This document shows positions 10,797 through 23,151 of a stretch of DNA of 64,000 bases, in pieces. The first letter of the stretch is position 1; every line of letters begins with the position of its first letter. Made by a program: the position numbers and the translations under genes. The stretch is taken from positions 1 to 64,000 of the forward strand of contig CALSCP010002236.1 of assembly GCA_943704425.1 (NCBI GenBank), in the 5' to 3' direction. Below the pieces are notes generated by a model. That model did no database searches and was not told the origin of the DNA. It saw nothing but the letters and a program-made list of their open reading frames with translations. Origin of the DNA: Ministeria vibrans ATCC 50519. Taxonomy: Eukaryota > Protista > Filasterea.

Positions 10797-12082
10797 TTAG
10801 AGACGTTTGAGGTTCTTCTTCTTCTCCTTCTGCTTCTTCTCGACACGAGCCTTTTTGGCGAGTGCGTCGGGTCCTGCGTCGGTCGCGTCGAGTGCGGACG
10901 TGCCGCGGTCCTTCTTGGCTGCGCTGTGTGTGCGTGCATGCACGTCTGTCATCATGCGCGCCCGTTCCGCAAACGCCTCGTAGTCCTCCAGAAGCAGCTT
11001 GCCCGCTTCTTCGTTGAGCGCGCTTTCCGCGTTGGGCACCACCAGCAGACAACGGACCGTCATGAGCACATCTTTGATACCCAGTTCCGGCTTCCAGTCG
11101 CGCTTCAGCACATTGACACAAATATCGCCCGCCGACGACACGTTTGGATGAAAGATTTTGGTCAAAAAGATGCCTAATGAGTGTGAGAGGGAAAGAAGAG
11201 AGGGAGGGAGAAGGAAACAAAGCGAAGGAGTAGAGAGAAAGAAACAAAGCGATAGAGAGAGAGAGAGAGAGGAAGAGAGAGAGAGGAGGAGGAAGAAGAG
11301 AACAAAGATAGAGAAAGGGGAAGGAAACAAAGTGACGGAGAGAGAAAGAAACCCAGAGTGAGTAAGGACACAGACGAGTCGCAGCTGGTGCAGATCGCAC
11401 CTTTGGGTGGAGCTGCGGGAAAATCATTGCCAAACACAAGACGCATTTCAAAGTCGCCGCCTTCAAAGGGAGTGCCAACTACAGATAGAGGTGCATGTGT
11501 GCGTGAGTGGCGGTGCGTGGGCGGGCGCCTGCGTGCGTCCTCCTGCGCGTACCAGGCCCATTGATGACGGCGCGAACTCGCGTGATGTCTTCGTCGTTGA
11601 CAATGACCCGGATGTCCTCCGGCGGCTCCGTCACAAGTGCTTTCAGTTCTCGGGCGATGCGCTTCATCACAGCGGGAGCGAGGTTCTCGTTTTGCTGTGC
11701 CAGAAGAAAATAAGATAAGCAAAAAAAAAAAAAAAGTACAGAAAGTTTGCCAAAGGACAAATTTCGTTTTTCAAAGTGATTGCGCCAATTTCAACACCAC
11801 CTACCGGTGCATGTCTCGGTGGTAAACTCAACAAGAGGCAAATGAATGCAAGGGGAAGACGCTGGACACGACAAAAAGTTTTTTTTTGGAAAGTCGTCCT
11901 GAGATTTGTTTGCCGGTTGCAAACAGCTCATTAGGGCGGAGCGGTACGACTCTGGAACGACCTCGAGTCACATTGTACAGCACGGTGCAGTGTGTGTCGA
12001 AGGCGCTTGGAGGCCACAGCGCAAAGGGAGTGCGGCACGGGAGATGACACGATGACCCTCAAAGTTCATGACGTACCGACAT
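10797..12082 (-). CDS. UBE2S: Ubiquitin-conjugating enzyme E2 S, 4 exons
   Basis: MS|[18 protein letters not shown]...GTPFEGG...[20 protein letters not shown]...[16 protein letters not shown] and basic C-terminus KKNLKRL. Confidence 0.93.
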
Positions 12083-12397
12083 GGCGAAAGGTATTTGGTC
12101 GATGGCTGAGTAGTGGGTGGAGGAAGGTATTCAGATCAGACAGGAGCTGAAGTAGTTAGAACAAGTTTGGTGACTTGAGGGTCGAACAAAAAAAAAATGA
12201 CGAATAATTATAATAAAATATTATTATTCGGTCAGGCAAGAAGATCTCTTCGACTCTCTTGAGGAGTCTTGAGCAAAGGTCAATTTTTGGCCCATGAGTA
12301 TCAAACTATCAGTAGGAGAAAGAGTTGATTTGTAAACGACTGAATAAACGTCCGAACGGTAAAAAAGAAACATTAGAACTGTCGTTTAAACATTGCT

Positions 12398-12864
12398 TTA
12401 GTGTGCTGCGGCCTTGCGCTGGGCAGTCAGAACATCCTGGCAGTACTCACGCTTAGCCTTGGCGCGCTTGTGTGTGCCGAGCTAAAACAGAGAGAAAAGA
12501 GAAAGAAAACAAAGTGAGTGTGTGTGAGAGACCATTTGGGACTGTGAAAGAAGTCATTTGGTACCTTCTTCTTGGCAAGACGGAGAGCACGCTTGTCACG
12601 GCCGACCTTGAGCAACTCCATAAGGCGACGCTCGTAAGGGGCAAAGCCAGCGACCTCACGGACAACAGAGCGGATCTGAAAGGAGATGATCAGTCGCTCC
12701 CTCTCGCCCTCTCTCGCTCTCTCTCTCTCTCTCTTGTGTGTCGCTTGCTCGCTTACCATCTTGACACGCTTGTTAACGACACCCTTGACGGTGGCGCGCT
12801 TGGTGCGGGGTGTTCGCTTAGTGACGCTGTGGCCCTTTTGCATCCCAAAGCTGACTCCAACCAT
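12398..12864 (-). CDS. RPL36: 60S ribosomal protein L36 (start codon uncertain: 12864, 12924 or an upstream exon)
   Basis: GMQKGHSVTK...|IRSVVREVAGFAPYERRLMELLKVGRDKRALRLAKKK|LGTHKRAKAKRE. Confidence 0.95.
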
Positions 12865-12977
12865 TGTACTCTGCGAAGCGGGGCAACACATAACATCACT
12901 CCGTTTAGCATCGCCGTGTACCATGCTGCACCCCCTCCCCCCAGAATCCGTATGCGCGAATCGCCATGTTCGCTTTC

Positions 12978-13008
<31 letters not shown>

Positions 13009-13245
13009 AATTGTTATGTCGCGATTGTTTCGATGTCTGACATCCCGGTCCCTCCGCAAGTGACTGGCCTTCCTTTGATGCGTTGTCTGCGTGCTTTGCA
13101 GGCTGCAAAGTTCCTTCTTTTATTCTTTTGTGTCGACTTTTTGAGCAACAGTCGTTTTTTTCTTTCCTTTTTTTTCTTGTTCGTTCACCTTTTCAAATTG
13201 ACATTCACCGCCATCGCAAGCACTGAAGGGCCCTGCTCTCTGTAG

Positions 13246-14013
13246 TACAAGCGAATCTTCTGCATTGGGCCCAAGTGCGTCGCGACCATCAACCCCAATG
13301 GCAGGTGGGAGGGCTCAAACGGGAGCGAACTCCAACCGATCACATAATGTATAAATCGTCCGCTTGTCAATTTTAGTTGGGAGATGACCAATGTCTTTCC
13401 GTACGGCAGCGATCTCACCGACATGACTCCTGGAAAGACACCCAATGAGTTCATCGTGCACACCAAGAAAGGTATAAACGTTTGGACATTTGACACACAA
13501 ACACACACACACACACAATCATTGTCATCATAATAATTATAATTATTGTAATATCACTGTAGGCAGAAAAACGTTAACATTTAGTTGTGATTTCCGTGCT
13601 GAATTGCTGACGGATGTTCAGGTAATGCCAATGAATGCGTTGTTGTTGTGTTTACTTTGATTGATTCTCGTCTTAGCGCTTCCGACATGTCTTTACGAGC
13701 AACACGACCAAGCCCGCCTTGGCAACCTATCGCGCTCGAAAGGTATGATCACTTAACACCCCTGTGTATCTAAATTTGAGAGGTCACTTTGCTGTAGATC
13801 CACTGGTCGGAGGCACGCCGTGAAGTACAACTGACTGTGTACCCAGAGGGTCTTGCCCAACTTGACGGTCGCTCCGGAAAGGTTCTCTGCACCTACGACT
13901 ACAAGGACATCTCGTCGTTTGCCACCATTTCCGACATCCCCGGTACATTTGTAGTGTCGTGTTCCAAAACAATCTCAGAAGACACACAATCTCACCCTCT
14001 CCTCTCCTTCCTT

Positions 14014-14045
<32 letters not shown>

Positions 14046-17000
14046 GCTTCACTCTCACACACACAAGGCGGTGTTGTGCTCTACTATGGCGGTGTGGGCC
14101 GTGCACACGCCTTCATTCTCGAGAACCCCGCCGATATGACCAAGAAGGTACGGCCGTTTGACGTGCAGCCATTCATCATCTCAATCACTCTCATTCAACT
14201 CAAAAAAAACTTTCATAATTATCAATTCTCACTCTCACTCGTTCTCAATTCTCATTCTCATGCACTCTTATCCCACCAATTCTCTCATTTTCAATCATTT
14301 ATTTATCTCGAATCTTGTACCCACCGTTGTTAGGTGAGCGATGCGGCACTGCTGTACATTGGTCTGCCATTGCGAGGTCAGGGCAAGTCGGTGACCTATG
14401 AAGAGTTCCAACTGAACCGCCTCGGCCGCTTCAGTAGCGACGAGTCCATCACCTCCATCACCGAATTTATCTGTCAGAAGTTTAGTACGCGTCACGACGA
14501 GCCCCAGTCGCGACTTGTGTGTGTTACCGAGGTGTGTCTGGTTGAGCGTGATCCCGCGACCTACAGTGTGGTCACAGTGCGCGACTTCAACGACATTTTT
14601 GCGTTTGTACGTGACGAAGAGGACCTCCAGGGTCTTTCGATTGAGTACAAGAATGGCGATGTGCGCGTGTATCACTCAACTGAGCGCGACTCGCTCCTTG
14701 CCGCCGTCCTCGATGCCGCGCGCACTGCCGGCAACCGCGATGCCTTTATCAAAATGAACAACACCAATCGCGGCCATCGCATCGGACCACTCTATGCGCC
14801 CGTCGACGAAGACGTCGAGTCGCTCTGGCTCAAGACCATCATCAGCGGTGCCAGTGGCCAGGGGTCGGGCGCAGCAGGCGACAAGACCAGTGCCGGTGCA
14901 CTCCTTGTGCGCTTCAACACCAACATTGGCTACTCGGGTTTGCGCCACACACGCACTTCTGAAGGTCTCTTTGCCGAGAACAAGGAGCGCCTCATCACAA
15001 GCGCTCTGCAGGCCCTCATGGCTCTGAGTCAGACGGTCGCCGATAGCGACGTGTCCACACTCGTAGAGATGTTCGAGGCGACGCGACGTCTCGTCTCGTG
15101 CAAGACAGGCTTCGAGGGCTTCACTATGCTCACCGGCTGTCGCGAGGCCATTGGTCGCATGGTCATGCGGGGCTTCAAGACGCAGAGCGAAGGCGCCGCG
15201 TACAGTGCCGTTGATATGCTTGGTGCCCTCATGCAGCCCATGCACGACAACTACGACCTGGCGCAGGAGAGCGACAACAAGCGCTCGCTGCTCAGCAGCA
15301 AGTCGTTTCTCACGAACCTCGTCGACCGTCTGGCACACTACGCCAAGACGGGCACGGGTGCGCTCGTGACCGTCGCCCTGCTGGACTTTCTCACGTTTGC
15401 ACTGTGTCCCCCTTACGCTGAGACCACGGACGCCGAGCAGTTTGACAATCTGCTTGAGACGGTGGCACACCTCGGTCGCGTTCTCTTCCGCCTCTTCCAA
15501 CACCCCTCCATGGCCATTGTCAAGGCGGCCGGTCTCGTGATGCAGGCACTCATCGAGGAGGGCGACGAGGAGACGGGTCGTCGCATGCAGGCGCTGGCTC
15601 TGTCCGAGGGTGCGCTGCTGCGTCATTTCATCACGGCCGCTTTTACACGCTCGCAAGACACGCGAATGTTGGCGCATCGCGAACTGTCGCGTCACCTGGT
15701 GGGCCTGTGGGCAGCCGGCAATGTGAATGCGTCGCGTCTGTTGCAGCGCATGCTGCCTGCCGGACTCATTGGCTTCCTTGAGCTTGACATTGACGAGCAC
15801 CCCGTGCCTCAAGACGAGTCGGTGAAGTACTCGCAGCGCGACACGCTCAAGACAGCCGTGGCGCTTACCGAAGCAAAACGCTCCGTGTTTGCCCATTGGC
15901 GCTCCAAGATTGGCTTCAAGCGCAAGGAGGACAAGAACCTCAATCGTCCCGTGACGCTGCGTCGTCGTCGCCAGCGCGTCAAGAAGGAGGGTCACTGGGC
16001 GCTCTTCTTTTACCACATCGCACGCGATCACAACCGCACGGATCTCATTTGGAACAGCAAGACTCGCGAGGAGCTGCGCGACGCATGTGAGGCCGAGCTG
16101 CGCGCCTTCCACGTCGACCGTGACCTGCGCAACGACGAAGTGATCGCTTGGAACCACGTTGAGTTTGTCGTCACGTATCCGTCGCTTGCCGAGGAACTCA
16201 AGATTGGCGACCACTACGTGCGTCTGTTGCTCGAGTTTGGGGCGCAACGCGAAGAGATCCACGAACCCGTGGTCTTCTTCAACGACCTCTACCATCGCTT
16301 CCTGCTTGCCTCCACCGACACCATGCGGTCGTTGTGTCTGCAGGCCATGGCCAGCGTCTACACAACGTGCTTCGACGAGATTGGTACCTTCAACGACATG
16401 CCCGCCATCACAGCAATGCTTGCGCGTGCACCCAGCAAGATGCAACGCGACCGCTTGGTGCTCTTTATTGAGGCGCTGCTCCTCGACGAGAACAACGTGC
16501 GTCTCTTCATCGACGCCAACGGCATGCGTCAAATGATCGATCTCATGACCGTGGCGCACCTACACGTCGACCGCGAGCTGACGCCACTCCAGCAGAATGT
16601 CATCGAAGCGGGTGCAGACATGCTGCGTGAAGAGGAACGTGAGTGGTACTACACGGATCCACAGGAGCAACGCGCCGGTCCCTTTAACTTGACCGAGATG
16701 CGCGGTCTCTACGACAGCGGCACCATTCGCGACGCGACGCGGTGTTGGGCGCAGGGTATGGGCGCGTGGCGTCCGCTCGACACCATTCCGCTTCTTAAGT
16801 GGACGCTCACGCCCGCCGGCGAGCAATCGGGTGTGCTCAACGAGACGGCACTGGCGCGCGCGGCACTCGACGTGCTCATTCGTGTCAGCTCGCACTACCC
16901 AAGTCGCGACCTTGAGGGTGCTATCATTCGGCCGTTGCCCCGTTGCAAGCGTGCCCTCTCCGACATGTCGCAGTTGCCACACCTTGTCAACGTGCTGCTC

Positions 17001-20000
17001 ACGTTTGCACCGCCGCTGGTGGAGCGTGTTGCTTCGCTTCTCACGCTCATCATGGAGGACAACCCGGATCTACCACGTCTGTACACGACGGGCGCCTTTT
17101 ACTTTGCTCTGATGTACACCGGCTCGAACATTGTGCCTATCAGCAAGTTCCTCGAGAGTGCCCACATGAAGCAGGCTCATCGCCAGGATGAGGAGTCCGC
17201 ACAAAGCTCCCGGTCGCGCTCCATTCTGGCGCCGCTCCTGCCCCAGGCCATGGTGTGCTTTCTCGAGCATCATGGTGCCGCCAAGTTTAGCGAGATCTTC
17301 TTGGGCGAGTTTGACACGCCCGAGGCCATTTGGAATGCTGAGATGCGCCGCATGATGATTGAGAAGATTGCCGTGCATCTTGCCGACTTTTCGCCGCGTC
17401 TGCAGGGCAATCCTCGTGCCCTCTACCAGTACTGTCCCATTCCCCGCATCAACTACCCCCAGCTCGAGAACGAGCTCTTCTGCAACGTCTACTATTTGCG
17501 TCATCTTTGCGACGAGACGAAATTTCCCGACTGGCCCATTCGCGATCCACTCGATTTGCTCAAGAGTTTGCTGCAGGAGTGGAAGAACGAGGTGGAGAAG
17601 AAGCCGCCGGGGATCACGTCAAACGACGCGCTCGAGACGCTCGGCCTGGAGCCCGGCTCGTCGCCCACCGACGCAGTCATCCGCAAAGCCTACTTCAAGC
17701 TCGCGACCAAGTACCATCCCGACAAGAACCCCGACGGTCGCGACATGTTCGAGAAGATCAACGGTGCCTACGAGTTTCTGTCGGCGCGCGCCGCCCAGTC
17801 GGTGGTCGATGGACCCGACCCGCGTCGTATTTTGTTGCTGCTGCGCGCGCAGAGCATTCTCTTCCGCCGCTACGCCGCCGACCTCGAACCGTACAAGTAC
17901 TCGGGCTACCCCATGCTCATCAAGACGATTCAGTACGAGGCTAACGACGAGCAGCTTTTCAGCAAGGACACCCCGTTGCTGCCGGCCGCCGCCGAGCTTG
18001 CCTACTACACGATGCGCGTGTCGGCCCTCAATGCCGAGGAGCTTCATCGCGAGGGTGGCATTGATGTGCTGACGGATGCGTTTGAGCGATGTGTCTCGGT
18101 GGTGGGCCAGGAGACAACCGAGGAGGAGACCAACGCGCGCATTTGTGTGCACCTCATTCGCTGCTTTACGACTTCGGCGCGCTTCGAGACGTGCCGCGAC
18201 AAGCTCGCGCAGTTGCCGATTGTGGCGCGCGAAGTGGCGCGCTGCCTTACCATTCCCAAGGCACCCGTGCTGTCGCGCACGGCCGCCGAGTGCGTGAGCG
18301 CCTTTGCGATCGACCCGCGTCTGCAGGAGGCAGTGGTTGCGGCGGGTGCGCTGTGGCATTTGGTGCCGCCGCTGTTTGAGTACGACTACACTCTCACCGA
18401 GGCGGGTGTGGAGACGTCGGCCGAGACGAACACCCAGGAGGCGAAGAATGAGCGGGCGCGCGTGTGTCTGTATGCTTGTGCGCGCCTGGGCGGGTTCCTC
18501 TCGGAAGAGGAAGCATCGCCCGAAAACCAGCTGGTGCGGCGGTCGATGGCGGCCCTGCTGACGCCCTACCTGGCGAGCAAGCTGCGCGACAACAGTCCCG
18601 AGGAGACGCTCAAGTTGATCACGAGCAACGCCGAGAACCCGCATCTCATTTGGAACAACGGCACGCGCGCCGAGCTTCTCGAGTATGTGGTGCGTCAGCG
18701 CGACAACATCTCGCGAGGCGAGCATGATCCTCAGGCGGCGCCTTCCTTTGTGTTTGCGCAGCTGCGCGACGAACTCAAGATTGGCGGTGTCTATGTGCGC
18801 GTGTACAACTCACAGCCGGCCTTTGTACTGCACGACGCCAACCGCTTTGTGCGTTCGACCATTGGCTGGCTTGAGAAGGCGTCGGCGGCCGTCAAGGGAC
18901 CTGCTGCGGCACCCAAGCCGGTGACGTATGTTGAACCGCCCAAGAAGGACGAGGACAAGCTGGACGAGGAGGAGGTTGAGGAAGAGAAGGAGGGTGAGGA
19001 GAAGGAGGAGAAGGAGGAAGGAGAAGGCGTGGAGGCAACGGCGGCGGCGGCTGAGGAGGAGGAGGAGGAGGAGGAGGAGAAGGAAATGTCGACGGAAGAC
19101 GACAAGGCGGCGAGCAAGCCAGCGGCGAGCGTGGGCACTGAGCGTTCCAAGGTGCTCGAGTGCATGCGACAGACACTGCAGGCGCTGCGTCATTGCTTCA
19201 TGAACAACCCGGGCACTGAAGTGCACACAGTGCAGCGCATGCCACTCATGTTTTCGTTGTTGTCGCTGTCGGAGAACGAAGCGGTGCAGCTGCGTGCGCT
19301 GGAGTGCATTTTGTGCATCAGCGGCAGCGCACAGTGCCTGCAGGGCATGGCGACGTCACTGTCGGTCATCCCACACCTCACGCTGCTCATGGCGACGGTG
19401 CCTGCGTCGCACGAGACGGCGCTCAACACACTCATTGCATTGGCTAGTGTTAGCAAACTTGTGTCGGAGCTGCTGCTGCGTGGCGCCGTGCTGTTCACGC
19501 TGGACGTGTTCTGCAACAGTCCCAAGCAGCAGATCCGTCTGCTTGCCGCGCAGACCATCGGCAAGCTCACGGGCGACAAGCTCGTTGGTCCGCGCATTGT
19601 TCTCTTTGTCAACAAGATCCTTCCGCAGATCTTTGTTGACTCTATGCGCGACAACGCCGAGGCGTCCGTCAACATGTTTGACACGAGCCACGAGAACCCC
19701 GAGCTTATCTGGAATGATGATGCACGCGACAAGGTACCCAACCTAGCTGTGTGTGTATGTGTTTTTGTATGTTCTGTTTTTTTTTTTTTTTTTTTTTTTT
19801 TTGTGAATTTTTTGAGTGTTGGTGGGGATTCAGGTTTGTTTGTACACCTTCTTTTTTTTATTCCACTTACTCTCACACACCCTCTCTGTCAGGTGTGTGC
19901 CGAGGTGAGTCGACTGCGTGCTCAGTTTGCGGAGAAACAAGCGACGAATATGGGTGCCAAGTTTGCACTGCCGGAGGACTTCTCGGTGATCTACGAAGAC

Positions 20001-20495
20001 CTTGACGGGGAGGTGTGTGTGGCGGGAGTGTACTTGCGGCTGTTCCTGGCGCAACCAGGCTGGGCTCTGCGATCGCCGCGCATCTTCCTCAATGCGCTTA
20101 TTGAGAAGTTTGTCGCGGCGGCCGGAAAGGATGCATCGACGCCCGGTGGGATTGAAAATGCCGACGACCAGTTCCAGTTGCTGGGGGGCTCCCTTGTGCA
20201 TCTGCTGCGCCAGCAGAAGCAGCTGGCCGAGCAGGTTGCCTCCATTGGCGTCATTCCAAAGCTGTTAGGCGCAGCGAAGAAGTGCCAGAGCTCGGCAGCA
20301 CGACGGGCATCGGCGGATGTGCTGCACACGCTGAGCGAAAACGCCAGCTGCGTCGACGGCATGGTTGCCGCCAAGCTCATTCCGTCGTTGCTAATCGTCG
20401 TTGACTCCACGCCCGAGGCGGTTGGCGTTGTTGCCGAGACCATCAAACGCTCGGTGGGCTTGGCCAATCCTCAGAAGACAAACATTGTCAAACAG
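13246..20495 (+). CDS. DNAJC13: RME-8/DNAJC13 central part (piece 2 of 3): N-terminal PH-like region, IWN repeats, GYF-like and J domains
   Basis: YKRIFCIG..., CLVERDPATY, four IWN motifs, J domain KYHPDKNP. Several small 5' exons, a long exon from 14334, an intron at about 19734-19892. Ends NIVKQ at a phase-0 GT donor. Confidence 0.97.
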
Positions 20496-20506
20496 GTCAG
20501 ATCGAG

Positions 20507-20521
20507 TGGTGTGTGTGTGTG

Positions 20522-20618
<97 letters not shown>

Positions 20619-20660
20619 GGTGTGTGTGTGTGTCTGTCTGTCTGTCTGTCTGTCTGTGTT
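20507..20660. repeat. (GT)n + (GTCT)n microsatellite at the RME-8/intersectin switch point
   Basis: Visible array. Confidence 0.95.
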
Positions 20661-20687
20661 TGCTGAGTGTTTGTCCCATTTGCGTAG

Positions 20688-22162
20688 TTCCGATTGTGAC
20701 ATTGGAGTACGGTACTACCTGTACGAAGGAGTGTTCATCAAGCAGAAGAACAATAAGGAGCTCTATGCGTTCCTTTGCAATGATGTTTTGGTGCTCACGA
20801 AACGAACGAGAGACACAACGGGTAAACCGGGGAAAGAAAACGCAATTTTATATGACAGTGAGGTGCTGATTCTTTGGGTGCACATAGGACTGGGGATTGT
20901 GAAGAAGGAAGCGGGATTTCAGTATCAGCAGTACAAGAAACCACTCAAGGTCAACACACTCAAGTTCATCAGTGAACCGGAAGGGAAAAAACGTAAGCGC
21001 TTTAGCGAGAGGGAGAGAGAAACGAAATGATAGAGAGGGAGGAGAGAGAAAGAATCAAAGTGATGGGCGCGGAAGTCTAACTCTATCTGTGTCTGGTCTC
21101 TCCTTGTCTCTTTTTTTTCATTTTAGCGTCCAATCCGTGTGCGTTCCAATTGATCAGCGCGCAGATTGAGACCAAGTTTAACTTTCTTGCAGAGTCGCTC
21201 AAGGAAAAGGTTGAATCATTATTATTATCAATGGTTAGTCTGGGACTTACTTGTTCTTTTGTGTGTTTGTGTAGAACAAATGGGCGAAAAAGATCAACGA
21301 TGCGAGTCACAAGTACACTGAGACAATTGCACGGTCGACGGGCAAACGACAAGCGACGAAACTGTTAAGTGGACTGAGTAGCGGTGGAAGTGGATTGGGA
21401 GCGAGCGGAGGGGATTCGAGTGAAGCAACGTCTTCGCACGAACACGGCCATGGGCACAAGCACAAGGGAACGGGTGGTTCGAGTATTGGTGCGGGTGCAT
21501 TGGTGAGTGGCAGTGCGATGAGTGGGGATATGCTTCGTTCTACGAGTGTGGTTGCTGTGGGTACGCTTGCCGTTGTCATTGTCAGTGCAAAGTCGTTGGC
21601 TGCCGTAAGTCTATATACACACACCCCCTTTCCCTGCACTCGATCTTATCTCTTGTTGATTATAGGATTCGACGTCGGGTGGTGAGGCAAACCTCTTCCC
21701 GTACTGCACTGTGGAAGTGGGGTTCCAGCGTGAGTCGACCCATGTACTTAAGGGCACTGTGAATCCCGTGTGGAACGCAGAGGTAACAACACTGCGTGAA
21801 CAGTGAATGCCGTTTGTGTGTGTGTGTGTGTGTGTGTATGTGTGTGTGGAATTCTGACACTGTTCACTTTTTTTTTTTTTCTGTTGCTGTTGTTTTAGCG
21901 TGTTTTGAGTGTGCCCACTCTTGAGGAGAAGCTGCGCGTGTCGGTGTATGGCGAAGTGACGCACACCGAGACGTGCAAGGAAGACGACTTCCTTGGGGAT
22001 GTCTCTGTCGACCTCCGCACTCTGCTTGCACGTCAGAAGAGCGAGCGTCAGCTCCAGAGTAAGGTCACGCTCCCATTGCACAACACGAGTAGTGGTGAGA
22101 TTACCCTTGAGCTGGAGTTGAGAATGCTCCACAGAGACGCAACGGGTGGATTTTCATTTTAA
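20688..22162 (+). CDS. ITSN: Intersectin-like C-terminal PH + C2 domains; 5' part of gene absent from window
   Basis: GVRYYLYEG...NKELYAFLCNDVLVLT, YQQYKKP, FLAESLKEK|NKWAKKI, C2 motifs PYCTVEVG, GTVNPVWN, DDFLG. Begins at a phase-2 acceptor. Confidence 0.75.
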
Positions 22163-22603
22163 AACATCAAGCGACAGAGAGAGGAGAGCGAGAAGAGGGG
22201 GTTTTTTAACATCATGACATTCTTTTTTTAAAACAATGGAATACTAAGAAGTGGGTATACATTAAGAATAATTATAATCATTGTTGCTTGAAACTAGACC
22301 GCTTTCTGACTGAGTCGTTCGCGTTGCTTCTCTTCCGCTTTTGCACAACACACTTTGAAATCTGCAATCTCTTTTGCACACTTCTCTTGCTGGAAGTTTT
22401 TCCACTGAAGACAGTCTTGAATTGCGCACGCCTATATAATAATAATAAAGCGTGTGTGAGAGATCACTTTGAGACGGACGAAAGACATAAATAATACATG
22501 GAGCACCCAAAAGATGCTCACAACGCACATCTGTCGAACCTGAGTTTTGCACACCCGACCACAAAGATCCCTTTCCCCGCCTGGCATTTCCTCGTCAATG
22601 GCA

Positions 22604-22952
22604 CTACAGTGCCCGTTGATAGGAGTTTCCGTGCTCAAAGCGCCACGACTCGGCTTCAACGAGGCGCAGGAGAGCAGCGCCGTTCAAATCTGAATGACGA
22701 ACGAAACAAGACACTCAGAGCTGTTCTCTCCACTCGTCTGACGTGGCTGCGTACCTCCCAAGGGCGCTTTCTTAGTCGGCTCGGTGGCTGCTATTGCAAG
22801 GACGTCTTCAACAGCTGCACGAGCGAACGAGCGAGAGAGAAAGAGAGAGAGAAATGAGCTGATTTGAAAGAAAAACTAACTCAATTCGTACAGATAGAGG
22901 GCACGTCTGGGAGAGGTAATGTTTGGTCGGCCGTGTCTCTTTTGTCAGACAT
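22604..22952 (-). CDS. 68-aa three-exon small protein, possibly APC16-like
   Basis: Exons 22952-22892, 22814-22755, 22689-22604 with GTACG donors and CAG acceptors, all in phase. C-terminal LLRLVEAESWRFE. Confidence 0.55.
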
Positions 22953-23151
22953 TCACGGTAGACAAAAGAAAGAAAGAGAAAAAGTAAATTCAAACTTGAA
23001 TGGAACAAAATTTTATCGAGTGAGACGAAAGAGAAAATAAGCAAAATACTACGGAAAATCCTCGATTTTGGCACCCAGTGATTATTGTGTACTGTTTAGG
23101 CACTAGAATTTATAGAAGGAGAAACTAAACAACGTATAACCTTTCAATAGT

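Noticed and set aside
6517-12977. Excision circle between the A27 tracts would splice CK1 exon 1 in frame to RPL36
   Set aside because: The product is a meaningless chimera and CK1 would still lack its kinase exons, so a simple reciprocal excision does not explain the layout.
14676-18725. Long antisense ORFs opposite RME-8 (and similar ones opposite ABCA and the giant gene)
   Set aside because: Shadow ORFs caused by high GC3 codon bias; no domain content.
20401-21030. RME-8-intersectin fusion protein
   Set aside because: Donor is phase 0 and acceptor phase 2; the real RME-8 tail is at 39951.
9267-22162. Functional cluster of membrane-trafficking genes (ATG14, RME-8, ITSN)
   Set aside because: Adjacency is unreliable given the probable mis-joins, and unrelated housekeeping genes are interspersed.
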